Part shown: in pieces, positions 43,501 to 57,344 of the stretch
Position numbering within the stretch: the first letter of the stretch is position 1
How the letters are laid out: every line of letters begins with the position of its first letter
Assembly (NCBI RefSeq): GCF_000150275.1
Contig: NW_002060948.1
Coordinates: 620,001-684,000 of the forward strand
Length of the DNA: 64,000 nt
Source: Trichoplax adhaerens
Taxonomy: Eukaryota; Animalia; Placozoa
Direction of reading: 5' to 3'
Translations under genes and position numbers: made by a program
Notes under the pieces: model-generated
Told to the model about the DNA's origin: nothing
Database searches by the model: none
The model's input: the letters and a program-made list of their open reading frames with translations, nothing else

Positions 43501-45740
43501 AACAGTTTTATTTACTAACCGTACCGTATTTTATATCGTATTGACGATAGTAACATAATACATTACTTGATAGCTATAACAATACAAATGATACATTTAT
43601 AGTAAGAAGGATTATGCAGATTATAATTATACAAATATACGATCGAAAAATCACTACAAGACTCAAAATATCACAAATCATGATATAATTCACGCGTAAA
43701 ATAGTAGTATACAACATTTGGAATACATGTCTGCCAAGATGTGCATTATCCATGGTGACTGAGGTAATATCCGTAATATATACAGTCTCCTAAGGATGTA
43801 AGATAACGAACATGGCGAGAGCCGACAAAAGTAATTACTGTCGATACTCGACGTACAGTAGTGAGCACTAATTACTGTAGAGTAAATGTTTGCACTGACA
43901 ACGCTTTCAATTGATTACTGTAAAAGTATGATTTGACTGCATGTGAACTGATATTTGATATTATAGAATCCATTGTATTGTATAAAGTGAAATATAATCC
44001 ACTCTCTTTATGCTTCGGTAGTATGAAGGACAGTATTGCGCAAGGAAGAGATACCATTTCTCCTTGTGCCATAGTAGTGCACTCTTAAAGCTATACTTTA
44101 ACCGAACATCCACTACTATTGGATACTATTATACTATAGAAGTAACTGTACAGTGTATAATCTATCACGAAGCATAATCAATTCTCCCTTTGCTTGAGCA
44201 TAGTAGGATAAAGCCCTAGTTTACGCGTATTTATTTTTCAATCCAACACTCATCCATTCAAATAATTATCATCATAATTTTAATCAAAAATTGCAGCTAA
44301 TGTGCTATGTTGCATTGCTGCAACGCCATAATTGCTCTATAGGATATCCAAGGACTTTTACAAGCTTAGTGGCTAATTAAGGATAACTGTATCATCATTA
44401 ATTCAGTATACAAATTATCGATAGATCAGTAACATTGAGTAGTAAATGAAACATTGTTTTTGTTGCAATATTATCCATTATACTGTATGATATATTATTC
44501 TATGCAAAGTAACTTCAATCTTAGAAAAGCATCATTATCTTACACTATCGGACTCCCCAAAATGGAGATTGTCAAAAATGCCAAGGCTAACTGCTTTGCT
44601 GGTCATTTACTCTGCCGGAAAAGTGGAGCCGTACGGTACAGTATACCGTTTGGAGCTTACCGTGAACTAGCGTTACTACAACTGACCATTACCGATGCAC
44701 AATTTAGTTTAAATAACCAGCAAACTAGTTCGCCTGCCCATTCTTGGCAACGAACACTTGGTCGTTGCCTCTCTCTTTTAGTGATGAATGAATAGATTCA
44801 AAGCATTTTTATGATCGACATTGATCCAGTACGTGCTGGAATATGTCCATTACTGGTAGTACAGTATCACGAGTGGCAATGATCTTCAATATTATCATGA
44901 TCGATGTTGCAGTTAGAATTTAGAATGATTATTAAAAGGGATTAATTTTCTATTTAACTAGCGTTACTACAACTGACCATTACCGATGCATAGTTTAGTT
45001 TAAACAACTAGCAAACTAGTTCGCCTGCCCATTCTTGGCAACGAACACTTGGTCGTTGCCAAGCTCTTTTAGTGATGAATGAATAGATTCAAAGCATTTT
45101 TACGATCGACATTGATCCAGTACGTGCAGGAATATGTCCATTACTGGTAGTACAGTATCACGAGTGGCAATAATCTTCAATATTATCATGATCGATGTTG
45201 CAGTTAGAATTTAGAATGATTATTACAAGGGATTACTTTTCTATTTTGGGGGGGACAGTTGATTAACATGATTGAATTTCTTTATTATTATTATGGTAAT
45301 ACAGGAATAATATGATAATAATAATTAATTATTATTATTATTATTCAAAGTCTGCAAGCGTCTACAGTGTACAGTATTGTACTGTACAGTACATACTGTA
45401 CGTCACTGAGGCATACAAGACATTTTTGTATAGCGCTGTTGTACTGTACTGTATAGTAAGGTAAGGGCCAATCCCACGCCAAACCTACTGTAGTGAAATA
45501 ACAGTTGCGATATACAGTACTGTACTGTACATTACTGTATACTCCAGCAACATGGCATGGTGGCGTTTGGACAATAGAATCCAAAAATAAAATAATACGA
45601 GTATTCCAAATTGCAATGGCAAAGTATCCAGTACATGGGGAATATTAAAAAGGAACTAATAAGCAGCAATAATGCATGCACACTTGCACAGCAAATTATA
45701 ATTTACCTCCAAAGCAACCGGCTACGAAATCTAAGGCCAT
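40519..45740 (-). CDS. SLC25A29: Mitochondrial basic amino acid carrier (SLC25A29-like)
   Basis: Exon 1 45740-45707 MALDFVAGCFG|G; 43431-43388 LAGILVGHPFDTVK; ~42895-42812 VRLQAQ...YRGTIHCF; ~41621-41441 GLYKGMQSPLVGVTFINAIIFG...CPME; 41080-40519 ...TYPIDVLKTRIQADG...LLRAFPVNAATF. Three Px[D/E]xxK carrier motifs. Confidence 0.9.
44665..45246. repeat. Recent 291-bp tandem duplication in SLC25A29 intron 1
   Basis: 44665-44955 and 44956-45246 are near-identical (aactagcgttactacaactgaccattaccgatgca...ctattt) with few substitutions. Confidence 0.93.
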
Positions 45741-48245
45741 TTAGCAATAGGCGGATAGAATTCAATTCAATTTTCTTGATTCAATTTGATTTCGACCTTT
45801 CCTCTGGGCATTACCGTAGACTGATTGCATCGATAAGCTACATCACTATTTAACTTGATGACGCTGGCTAATTTCACTCAATTTCATGCATTGATAGTAG
45901 GATCCACTGATTCTACGTTTGCTTGAATCGCTAGTACTAGAAAGGAGCAATCTTTCAGGTTCAATTTAGGAGGATTACTGCTTATCCAATTCTACGACAT
46001 GCCATCCAGGAGTCTAAGGCTACGGTGCTGTTACGCATTCATATGTCACTTCCAATTACGGTAGGGTACTATACAGTGTACAGTACACTTCAATATTGTA
46101 CATTGTACTGTAAAGTGTACAGTAAATACTGTGCTGTACTGTACGAGTGGTGTACTGTACAATGTTGAGTGTACAGTATGTATGGAAATTGGGAATCGAC
46201 GCGTTCTTTACAAATGGTCGTTGATGACAGTCTGCTCTACATAATTGGTGTACGGTACCGGGTACCACATGCTGACTACTGTACAGTACTGTACTATATT
46301 GTGCTGTGGAAGGTGCAAGTCTGCAACCATTAGCTGTATCCAGTCATAATTGGTCACGTGGTTCGGCCACCCTTTGGGGGGGTATCACAGCACTCCATGC
46401 ATTCTTTTCTTTCTCTTACAGTATGATATGAAATAGCTATTTAAGACTAGTTAGGGAAGAATGAGGACTTCAAGTACAGTATGCTATATAATCTATCTAT
46501 CTATCTTCTAGAATCTACCGTCGAGGGTAAAAAGTGAGAGTTTTTAATAACGGAGGAACTGTTGAGGATTTTACTAGTACAGTACAGTCGCAGTACGGTT
46601 ACTGTAGATCCCTCGATCGGACTTTACTCCAACTTTTGACTCTGTACAATGGATCACTGACTCACTGAATCCATACAGTAGAGTAGACAGTCAACGAAGT
46701 CACATTAATCCAATTTTATGACGTAGTCATGGAGCGACGGAAGATTGCATACTGTAGGTTGATCATGAATTTGCGATGGTCTACTCAGAATCTACTGTGC
46801 ACTGTGCTGTGTGTTCATTTGTACTTTTAGTATCCAGAGACATGCACTAATGACTACTTTATTCCATATTGTCACCTTCTCTTTTATCGGGCATGAGCAT
46901 CTACTAGTGTGCAGTACTGTATAGACGAAGTGCACTGTGATATGGCTTTTTTTAGACACCGGACATGGTCAGAGCTAATTAAAGGGACTTCTGACACTTT
47001 ACCATGTAATCATTCCTAGTCACTCGTTCATAACAGTGTACGTAGTACTGTACGGGAAAGACTCCATCGTTGTTCATGCACATTTCGAAGAGGAATTTTC
47101 TCGACAAGTCCGTGTACAGTGTACAGTCCATTCGTTCTCTCTGGACTGATTGATTGAGTAAGCACGATCAACGCCGACACTATACAGTAGACAAGGACTA
47201 CAGACTACAGTGACGACATTCAACTGCATTGCACCGTCATGCACGTGTGTTGCGAGTTCACAAAAAGCTAAGAAAAATCTCTGATAATTCATTTATGAAT
47301 TCTACATGTTATCTATAGTGATCTATATCTATATAATCATTCAATATCGTTCATAAGCGTCTAGAATTTCTTCAAGAAGTTCATGAAAAAGCTGTAGTAG
47401 TGACAGTACACAGTGATAGTATGACTCAAGTCTCAAGAGATCATCGAGTACTGTAGTGAAAAATTGAACAGCTGCTACATTAATGGATCGATGGACTATC
47501 GGTACAGTACCAGAGATTTTTGATTACCTCCATAACCAGTCAGACTCCATGCTTTACAGTACTATACAGTACAGTACTGTGCAATATACTGTACACTGTA
47601 GAGTACTGGACTGTACAGGCTGTTTCATAACATTTTGTCACTTTCGGGCCATATTTTTCTTTAAAAATACAGTAAAACTATAATAGAATGATATATGAGG
47701 TTGATGGAGAGATTCTGAAATATCTGAATCTGGTAAAGTTAGAAAGTTAAACTTGCTCTTAAGTCCATAAATGATGAAAGTATCACTGACCGTTATACTG
47801 TACAGTACTGTAGACGTTTTTTCTTTTCTTTTTGTTTTATTACACAGTACTGTAGAAGATAACTGACTATCAAGCCTGTGCCGCGCAAGTGGATGCTGAT
47901 TGAGAGTAGTACGAACCTTCAATACTGTACAGTATGGTTGTTGTACTGTACAGTATTAACGCTTGATACAGTAGTAATACTGTACACTGTACATTGTAGT
48001 CTACAGTACTGTACTGTAGAGCGTAGACGTTTTTTCTTTTCTTTTTGTTTTATTACGAAGTGGATACTGATTGAGAGTAGTACCTGTACAGTACAGTACG
48101 AACCTTCAATACGGTCGTTGGTATTTACCGTCGATAGTAACCCTGTACTGTACAGTACAGTGCAATATACTGTACAGTACTGTACGATACACTGTGCACT
48201 GTAGACTGTAGACCAGTGCAGACGTTTTTTCTTTTCCTTTTTGTT
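45360..48245. repeat. TACAG/CTGTA pentamer-rich tracts plus a ~200-bp degenerate triplication in the SLC25A29/ITPK1 divergent region
   Basis: Dense tacagtactgta motifs at 45360-45540, 46060-46300, 47550-47620 and 47790-48210; gacgttttttctttt(c)ttttgtttta at ~47813, 48026 and 48221; aagtggat.ctgattgagagtagtac at ~47887 and 48058. Confidence 0.8.
46352..46361. promoter_or_regulatory. E-box (USF/MiT-TFE type GGTCACGTGG) about 600 bp upstream of SLC25A29
   Basis: Motif match in a locally GC-rich patch of the divergent intergenic region; function untested. Confidence 0.3.
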
Positions 48246-48663
48246 TTAGCCAGTTGAAGTTTCGGTCCGTATACGGTTCCAACCGAACCTCTGCCAGGTC
48301 GTGACGTCTAGTTGAACATGACTGACGATCAAGCCTGCGCAAATTGCAGGGTTGCAAGGCGGCGCTGGGCATACCTCGTACAGTAGGAGTATATGGCCAT
48401 TAGGATAAACTAACTCGTGCCACTATCTAATTTAGCTTGGGCTCGTGATTGGAAATGGGGTGTACCTGATTTTTTGGGGTAGTGTTGTTATATAATCTTG
48501 GGCTTGGTTGGAGAAAATTGTTCTTCGCTGTTCGCTCATAAGCTTACTGTGTGTAGTAGCTAAGGTAGTTTCTAGTGGCGAGTCATTTCCATCCATCTGG
48601 TCGCGTTATTCGTTTTCTATTACCAAGGTAGGCCAAGGGTCGACTACTCCAAGATAGAGAGGC

Positions 48664-51600
48664 ATGAGATTAGACGAAAAGATAATACAAAGATTAAAAG
48701 GCAAACGAATTGGATATTCAATTGGCGAAAGGAAGAAAAGAAAACTTAATTTCGACTTACTAGCCGAATTATGCAGGTTAGTAGGAGAAGACAACACCAT
48801 CATTTCACAAACGAGCTGACTCGTTGTTGATGTTTCACGCTCAATCTTGCCTATTGATTAATTATACCCATTAATATTTCCTACTATACCTTTCCCATTC
48901 TACGCTGATAACACCACAGTCCATCATTTCCATCGTATTTATATTCTATTAGTATACAATCCATACTTCATACAGACGTACTCCTCGATCATACTATTCA
49001 ACATCTTTCAAGACAAAAAATACTCAAACCATATTGGTTAATTATTCATACTTGACTATGTTCCCAATAGTGAGATTGGAAAATCGCTTGTGGGTGTTAT
49101 TAAATTGATTTACGATGGAGTCATTGGCTAATCTTGTAAAGGATGTATACTGTTATTGTTGTATCCTATCCTTTCTTTCTTCACCCTCAAGTATGAAAGT
49201 GAATTCGCCACCATTGGCGTAATGCAATGTACTTTCTGATGAGTCTGCCTGCTAGCAGCGATCAATCGATTGTCATACTCTCCACAAATAATTTTAAAAA
49301 TTGGCCATACTCTACCCCTACCAACAAGCCTAATACCATGCTATACAAAACATCCAAATAAGTGTGCACAAGTTGAGCGATCCCCTGACATGGAGATGGC
49401 TTGCGTACGATCGATTTAAGTTTCCATTCTTTGATGACAATTAATTCATGCAAATATTCACCAGAAACCGGATACGATGAATAACAGTTGGCAAAAATAG
49501 CTACTGCCAATTTTGCTACAACCTTAGTACCATATTGTATTCTACTCTACATATGGACACAGTCCACACTAAGAGTGTTTGTGTTGTAGTACTGCATGCC
49601 TGTCAGTCCTTTACAAAGCCATACAACAGAGTTTTGGGGACTAGTCTCCATCATCGACTGGTTATACCTGCCAATGCTTACTACGCTACTGTAGGCAAAA
49701 GCAACATCTTCTTCTACAGTTGCCTTCCAACTTTCTCTCCCTTAATTCATGGACTCATAGTGTGCCTCAAAGAATACAACGTATTGTTCAATACTTCAAT
49801 GCCACTCGACAGGAAGCACATGCCGCAACAACTTGCTCACTCTTGCCACTGTTAGCGTTTTATTGCATCCATTTCTCACTCTACATTCGCTCTTTCAAGC
49901 TGAAGCTAGTAGCCATGAGAGGATTGATGTAGATTCACCAATAGCTCCATGTTTTACTTTATACTAGAACTAAATACAAGTATCAACAAGTTGATCATTA
50001 AGAAGCGTCATTGCATCTCGATACTGTAATGTCCTTTTAAAAAATAAATACTGCAGGCTGCTAAAATGATCATCTTTTGAAAAAAAAAGTATTTCAGAAT
50101 GGAGAGTGTCATATCGTGCGAACTTGATAATTGTCAGTAAATCAGATTACGTGCTCGCTGTAGTCGAAAGCCTTGACAACATCATTATTTAGCCCTTGAA
50201 GTAATACAACCACACCCGTACAAATTGGTTATATTGGCATAAGTTAAATGCCAACAAGTGCACGTAGATTGATCGAAAATTTCAATCTCGTGCAACATTC
50301 GACACTAAAACTAACCTTAGACAATCGATACTGTATAGGAGAGCATAGAATTGATTCTATTTCCCTTTTCATTCACAACGAAATGGAAATAATATCAATC
50401 CTAAATTATTGCTTACGACACATGGACTATTCGAAAAAAGATCATCATCATGTTTTAGTGGTGCACGATGCCGTTTATTCCTTGCTGAAAGGAACGCGTA
50501 CGATTTTGTTCTAAATACGATGCCATTTTTTAAGCAATCGACCTTCCCCTACGCATGCTAACCCCTAAATTTGAACAACAAAAGCGCTACGGTGCAGTAA
50601 ACGATTCATGAACTAAGTCAAAGTTCTAGCATCAGCCATAAAAATAAAAGACTCCGTATGATCACGTTTAAACCTCCAGTGATAGCCGTTGATCGTTGTC
50701 ATAACGGCGATCATCAGCTTTGATTGCCGTTTCAATTTACAGTACTATACTACTCATCACCGAGAAAGTAGTCAACACTGTTGTATCCAGACTACAATCT
50801 TCCATTCTAACAGTTTTTATACATGCAATAGACTCCAATTTAGACTATCCTATACTGTTCAACGCTACTAATATTATTAAATGAAGTAAACAGTGCAACC
50901 CAAGCCTTAAAACTGAACAGTACTGTGCATACCAACCAATATTAAATTGTGCTTGTACAACGCATTTAGCGGATCGAAAGGAACGCCTTGTCGCTTCCAT
51001 ATTTACCTTAATTAATTTCCACTTATCCAGAATGATCATGCACAGCAATGGAGGAGCTATGGCATATGTTCTTTGGCTTTAATTAACCAACATACAATTA
51101 CGGCACGGAAAGACTTTTTTGCTTTATACTGTAATTAGCTACAGCGTAGCATCGAATCATTGCCTTGTACGCTGGTGATACCATATTAGTTTGATTTTAG
51201 TTTTGCTTAGTACACAATAACTGCAGATAGAAATAAAAATTTCAAATCTGGCAATACTGCTGATTGTACATACTTATCACATGCGAATCTCTTCAACTAG
51301 CTCATTTTTGGGGCTAGTAAAACAGTGGCCAATAACGTCAGATTGTTGTGACAAGTCATTTACACAAAACCTATTCCTTGCCAATATCATTTTAGTCACA
51401 AACGGATTATTCCAGTAAATTTATATCATATGCTATAGCCTATTTATTCATAATTACCCGTGTTATGTTGCCATTGTGAGCCGTGCAATACAGGCATTAA
51501 AATATTCTATATAAATCAAATTCATTTAATTTAAACTCATAAAAATCACAGCATACTGTTATTACAGTATGGATTACTGTATTTAGCCGTAGGTAAACAT

Positions 51601-54600
51601 TGCTTAATGCTAGACTAAAAATAATATCTAATATCAAGGACTACTAAGAAAAGTACAATTATTACTCTAGATAGGGGTAATCACATGAGACTAGGTGAAG
51701 ATGGGACATAAAGGCAGTAGGGCGAGTTATTAGTCTGCTAATCCTAATCAAAAATCGTTAACACATTAGAAAATTCTCGATTACGATATTCCATTAGGGC
51801 GTGTTGATTGACAGTACACTATATATGACATATACATATACATATGTAGTACATACTGTCCTAGGTCTTGGTGATCTTGTCTTATAAACAGTTATGGTTG
51901 GCTTGTATAGCAGGAGTAATCGAATGAAATTGTACATCTTAACTGTCTTATTTCCTGAATGAGTCTACGCGAACTTAATCTCAGCTACATAGGAAACCTT
52001 AGAGTTAATACTTGCGCGATCTTTACATGATCAAAGTATTAAGAATGTCTACTCTCTTATTGCAAAACGATAACGTTAATAATTAATTCATGTATTTACC
52101 TTTTCATAAATTGTTATGATTTCAATGGCTAACAATCTTGTCATTTATTTATTTTATTTTCAATTATGCAGAAGCCATGGATTTGAATTTATAGAGGTAA
52201 GCTGTAAAAGAATCAAGATTGATTCCTAAATTTTGTTAAAACACACGCTTTCATATTCTGCACCGCTAGTTTAATCTGACTTTTATTACTTCTAAATGTA
52301 GTACGTATATAACATTCGTTTCTATAATATCGTCTATCGCACACCATATGCATATCCTAAAGATCAATTACACACATTATTTAAATTTCTCAACACGTTA
52401 ACATCTATCGATACTTGTCATAAACTTTGTTAGTCTATCTATTATGATGTAGATTGTAGAAGTATAAATTTATCTCGATAACACGAACATGAATCAACTA
52501 AACGTACAGTATACTGTGTAGTGTACCTGTAGGTCTATCGTTAGAAAAAAGTATTTCATCTTCATTGGCAAGGTTGTTTTTCTTTGCTCAATGAAAGAGC
52601 GCTAGACATACAATACGATAGCGGCTAATCGAATAATAAACGCTCTACCTTTATCCTAATGCTATAGGTACAATAGGCATTAGCTCAAATATCCAATACT
52701 TACATAAATATATGAACACTTTTATTATGATAGATTGATTTAAACATGGATTTAGAACAGCAAGGACCATTTGATGTGGTTATCCATAAATGGAGTGATT
52801 TACTTGCGGCGCCTTCCGATGTGTCTAACTTAATCTACGATTTACAGGTACGATAAATCTACAAGTGATAATATACGTATAATTGATATTGTACACTGTG
52901 TAGCACGCGTTTATTATAGAGGGAAATACTACCCAATCATAAGTTATCTAAGTGACTGTAATTGACTGCATCCATTTTACTGCGGATATTACGAAGCTAC
53001 AGTACTGTAATTTATATTATATCCTTATCGTAGCTGGATACTTTGCTTTACCTCTATTATCTCATCGATCATAACGTGTGTAAATTTTCTCTAATTAGTT
53101 GCTTTATGAAGTATTGGGAATTAACTTCTCCGTTATATTGTACAGGACCTTTTTAGCAAAATTAAAAATTTCACTAGTATGCTATTTGAAAGAAATATCA
53201 TATGTAAATACCTGATATCTATTTTTTGTTAAATAACCTAAATTACTTCAAAATTGAAATGTAAGAATATTACGAAACATCCCAAAAGAACGCAGTATTA
53301 TTCAGCCTGTTGCGTAGTTAAAAGTAATAGAAATATTACGAGCCCTACCAATTGACAATTTTTATACTGTCATAATGTTAATATGTTATAACTACAACAT
53401 CTCTACGCTGCCCTCACCCCTGGTGTTGTTACTCTGATTGCGATGTGATATAATCAATTTGATAATCGCCCACGAAACATTTTTATAAACCAGAGCTCAT
53501 ATATGAGATTATTTTCGTAACTTTTTACACTGTATCATATCTTCTAAGACTTGATCGGCTTCATTGTAACAGCTATAATGTATTGAAATGTTTTTATTGT
53601 AATTGTGTAGAACTATTTCAGCAATCATCCGGAGACTATCATGTTGGACCCTATAGCAAGTGTCTGTACATTGGTCGACCGTAGTCGGACTTATGCTGCC
53701 GTCAGTGAATACAGCAAAGAACCAAGTAAGATATTTTTGTGTAGCTGTAGGATTATTTTAGGTAAACTATCATAAATTTCTTATAGAAACGTAACTACTT
53801 AGAAATATCTCCAATTTATGCTGTACCTTACTACGTAATAGGAAATATATAGCCTATACTGAATTGCAGCACATATTGATTTAGTATGGGATCGGTATTG
53901 AATTTATCATGAATTCAAATTATGATGCTTGAATCGTTGCCTATTTACGGAACGTCGTGTAAAGTTTGCGTTATAGTACTTATACTTTATAATAATGTTC
54001 GTTTAATAGTTGCGATAGATGGTTAACAACACATTATTTGTATTTCGCTGCAAACTCACCGAGTAGTGATTAAATTTCTATATTCTTTGTAAGATCACAG
54101 TTGATATCAAGTTTAATTTTTTAAATTATCGATGTAACTCTTTTTATGTGAATTAGATTCCTGTCTACATATCCCTAACTTCGTCACTATACCCGAAAAT
54201 ACGGACAAACATCCAATTCTGACATTGCTAAAGAATGCTAAAATTCGATTTCCTATTGGTAAGATGTCATAACATTACCTAACTTCTACCATTGCTACAC
54301 TCAGATCAATACTATGATAATCTCCTATCAGGCTTGTCTTGTAAATTTTTAATCTAGCTTCGCACGACTGCAAATTTTAATTTACCTAATTGATTGCGAA
54401 TTATAGAGAACTGATAAATGGATAGAATTGTATATAGTTTATTACGTTACAGAAGGGCATAACTGACTTTTCTTATTTGTGCAGTACTAATTAATCTGCT
54501 TTATTTGTAATTCTAGTTTGTAAGCCTATTGTTGCTCATGGATCATCTCTTTCTCATACGGTATTTATATCATTTTACAAATCGTCTAAAAACAATACGC

Positions 54601-55983
54601 TATGCATTGACGTATTATATGTAAATGCAACATGATACCAGTTTTCACATTCACAAGCATTATTGGCATTAAGTATGATAGTAATCTATCCATGCATATT
54701 TTAATCATTATGATAGATGTGCATAATATTTAATGAAGCTGGTCTGAAAGATTTAAAATCTCCATGTGTTGCACAGCAGTTCATAAATCATAACGCAGAA
54801 TTGTTTAAGGTAAATAGTTTCCTATTTTACTTTACTGAAATTATTTTGACATGTGATAGTGAATTTTGTGTGATTATGTACCTTTCGTATTAAACAAATA
54901 TTCTCGAACTAAATTTCTTTCACGGTGATAGATTTTTGTGATTGGGAATGAATACCATTGTGTAAGAAGGCCATCCATTAAAAATTTTCAAGCATCTGGC
55001 AAGTAGCTGTAGTAGGCTACAATATTTAATTATTATTATTGCCTATTAAAATTTTAACTGTCCTATTTATTTTATTAATTGAAAGTAATTCGTAGAATCA
55101 TTATCACTAAGTTTATAATTAATTGATAGCATTTACTTTATATTAACGGACTACTTATTTTCGTCTTTGAAAATTTTTTCTAATGTACACTCCTTTATTC
55201 CGATACTAATCAGCCGTTATTGTTCATTGGTACATATATAGATAGAGATACTATCACATTCAACAGTCATGAAGTATCTAAAGCCAGATCCTCGTCATTT
55301 TTAAATGAAGTAAATGCGAACTCGAGTAGTTGTATTTGATCAATATGAATAACGACCAAATTTCTAACGCTCTTTTGATTGATAGTGTGATGAAAAGAGA
55401 CCCGTTAATGCCATGCCTGACGACGCGATTATTTCAAGCATTGTTAGAAAACTTAGAACATCTTTAGTACGTTATAATCGTAGATTATTTTTGCGCTATA
55501 TGAATAAAATAAATGAAGATAAATTAATTTACTAAATCAACATAGTAATTACTATTCTAATGTCTATAATTACAATAGGACTTGAAATTGTTTGGTGTGG
55601 ATGTCATTATTGATAATATAACCGGGCTTCACTACGTAATAGATGTTAACTTCTTTCCGGGTGAGTGAGATCTTGAAAGCGTATTTGTTTCTATAGTTGT
55701 ATGCTTACGCGCATACACTGAAAATAGTAATGCTTTGCTTATATCAATTAATATCATCATCTATTAGAAATGTAGTGATAACAATCTACTTTCTTGGCTC
55801 TTGATTCTAGGATACGATGGATTTCCGAATTTTTTTGCATCGTTATTTAAGCTTTTCTATCAAGTTATAGAGGGAAAAAGGGGCGATTGCTTCGAAGAGA
55901 TCAACGGTAACCATCAAAATGGTATCACTAGAAATGGCATTAGCCATAATGGAGTGGCTAGTCAATCTTCTGGACAAAAATAA
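48664..55983 (+). CDS. ITPK1: Inositol-tetrakisphosphate 1-kinase
   Basis: Exon 1 48664-48776 MRLDEKIIQRLKGKRIGYSIGERKKRKLNFDLLAELC; 52172-52196; ~52735 DLEQQGPFDVVIHKW; 53611 HPETIMLDPI...DRSRTY; CKPIVAHGS; PCVAQQFINHNAELFKIFVIG...RRPSIKNF; FNSHEVSK; LFGVDVIIDNITGLHYVIDVNFFPGYDG; stop at 55981-55983. Confidence 0.95.
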
Positions 55984-57344
55984 TAGATCAATTACATTAG
56001 GCTTCGATCGTTACTGAAGCTCAAACTATATTTTAGTTGCAAGCAACCTAAAGATTTTATCGAGACATGGTAGCGATCGTAAAATGTGCATACTTTCGCT
56101 TACTTCAGTTGAAGCCCGACAAGAAAATTTATATAGTTATTTAATTATTTTGAAAAAAAAGCTGCAATAGTTATTTAATTCCGCATTGACGATCGATTAT
56201 AACCCATTCATAAAGAAATTATATACGACGCCTTTTCCGGATCATGCCGCAATGTATACATAGGGTTATATAGTTAAATTTGCAATCGTAGATGTAGTCA
56301 GTATTTATCACCTATATTATAATTTTAAACTACAGAACTTAATGCAGATATATGGTTAGGTAGTTTTATTTTATTGTGTGTACATAGACTAGATCAAACA
56401 TGATAATCTTCGATAATTTAAGGGAATTTTGTATTATAAGACTTCAGTTAAAAGATTGCGGTATTTAATTTTATATGATTTTGATTGCAATATTAAGAAA
56501 TTTGAACAGGCTTAATGTACCAAACCTTCATATTCATGATAGCTGTTGTGATTAGTTTTTTAAGAAAAACGCTTATAATCACCGAGACTAATACAACCTT
56601 TTGCTAGAATTTTTTACGTATCGATTTTGTACGTGTTAAAACTTACATTTATATGATAAAGTCTGCTTATGCGTACGAGAGTACTTTTTGAAGTCGACTC
56701 AACGACTACATCTGAAGAATTATTGCTGCAATGTGACATAGTTTACCATTACAGCATTTCTACAATACTGCCCAAGTTTTATTTGTCTGGCTGGTGCTAC
56801 ACATAAGAAACAGTTGATCATACATAGTTTAACAGCACTCTGTTGACATCACTTAAACAATAACAGCTTTTTTGCAGTGTTAACCTTGGCACAAAATCCT
56901 AACGGAGCCGTTCTTTTAAAGCATATTTTATGTTCTATGATATGACATAATAAATAAGACAATATTCTGTCCCTTTTATACAATATCTTATTTTTTTCAC
57001 GTATTGGTTTGATATCATTTAAAGAAAAGTTTTTCTTTACCATACAGCAAAATAAATAATAATAATGAGCATATATCCTAGCTAGATACTTGTGCTATTA
57101 TTGTCATCACAAGTTATTAAGAAATAATATTAATAGTTGAAATTAATTACGAGTTTGTCTATAGTTAAGGTGATATTTCGAAACAAAGAATCTTGTCGAT
57201 TTTAAAGTACTATTTGCATGCTAGTTGATTACTAATAGTTGAGTAAAATCATGATACACTCTTGTATCAGCTCATTACCTTTACAAGGTTAAGTATAGCT
57301 AGACAAAATAAGTATTTGATTTAAGAATATCAAAGTTCAAATAA

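Noticed and set aside
43520-44072. Alternative SLC25A29 first exons (MLLSSIRYKIRY; MAQGEM)
   Set aside because: Exon 45740-45707 (MALDFVAGCFG) matches the family N-terminus and the required phase
47360-47390. HSE-like string gaatttcttcaagaagttcatgaa
   Set aside because: GAA/TTC spacing is out of register and it is not next to a stress gene
49262-51048. Short ORFs in ITPK1 intron 1 as a nested gene
   Set aside because: No recognisable motifs and no phase-consistent exon chain found
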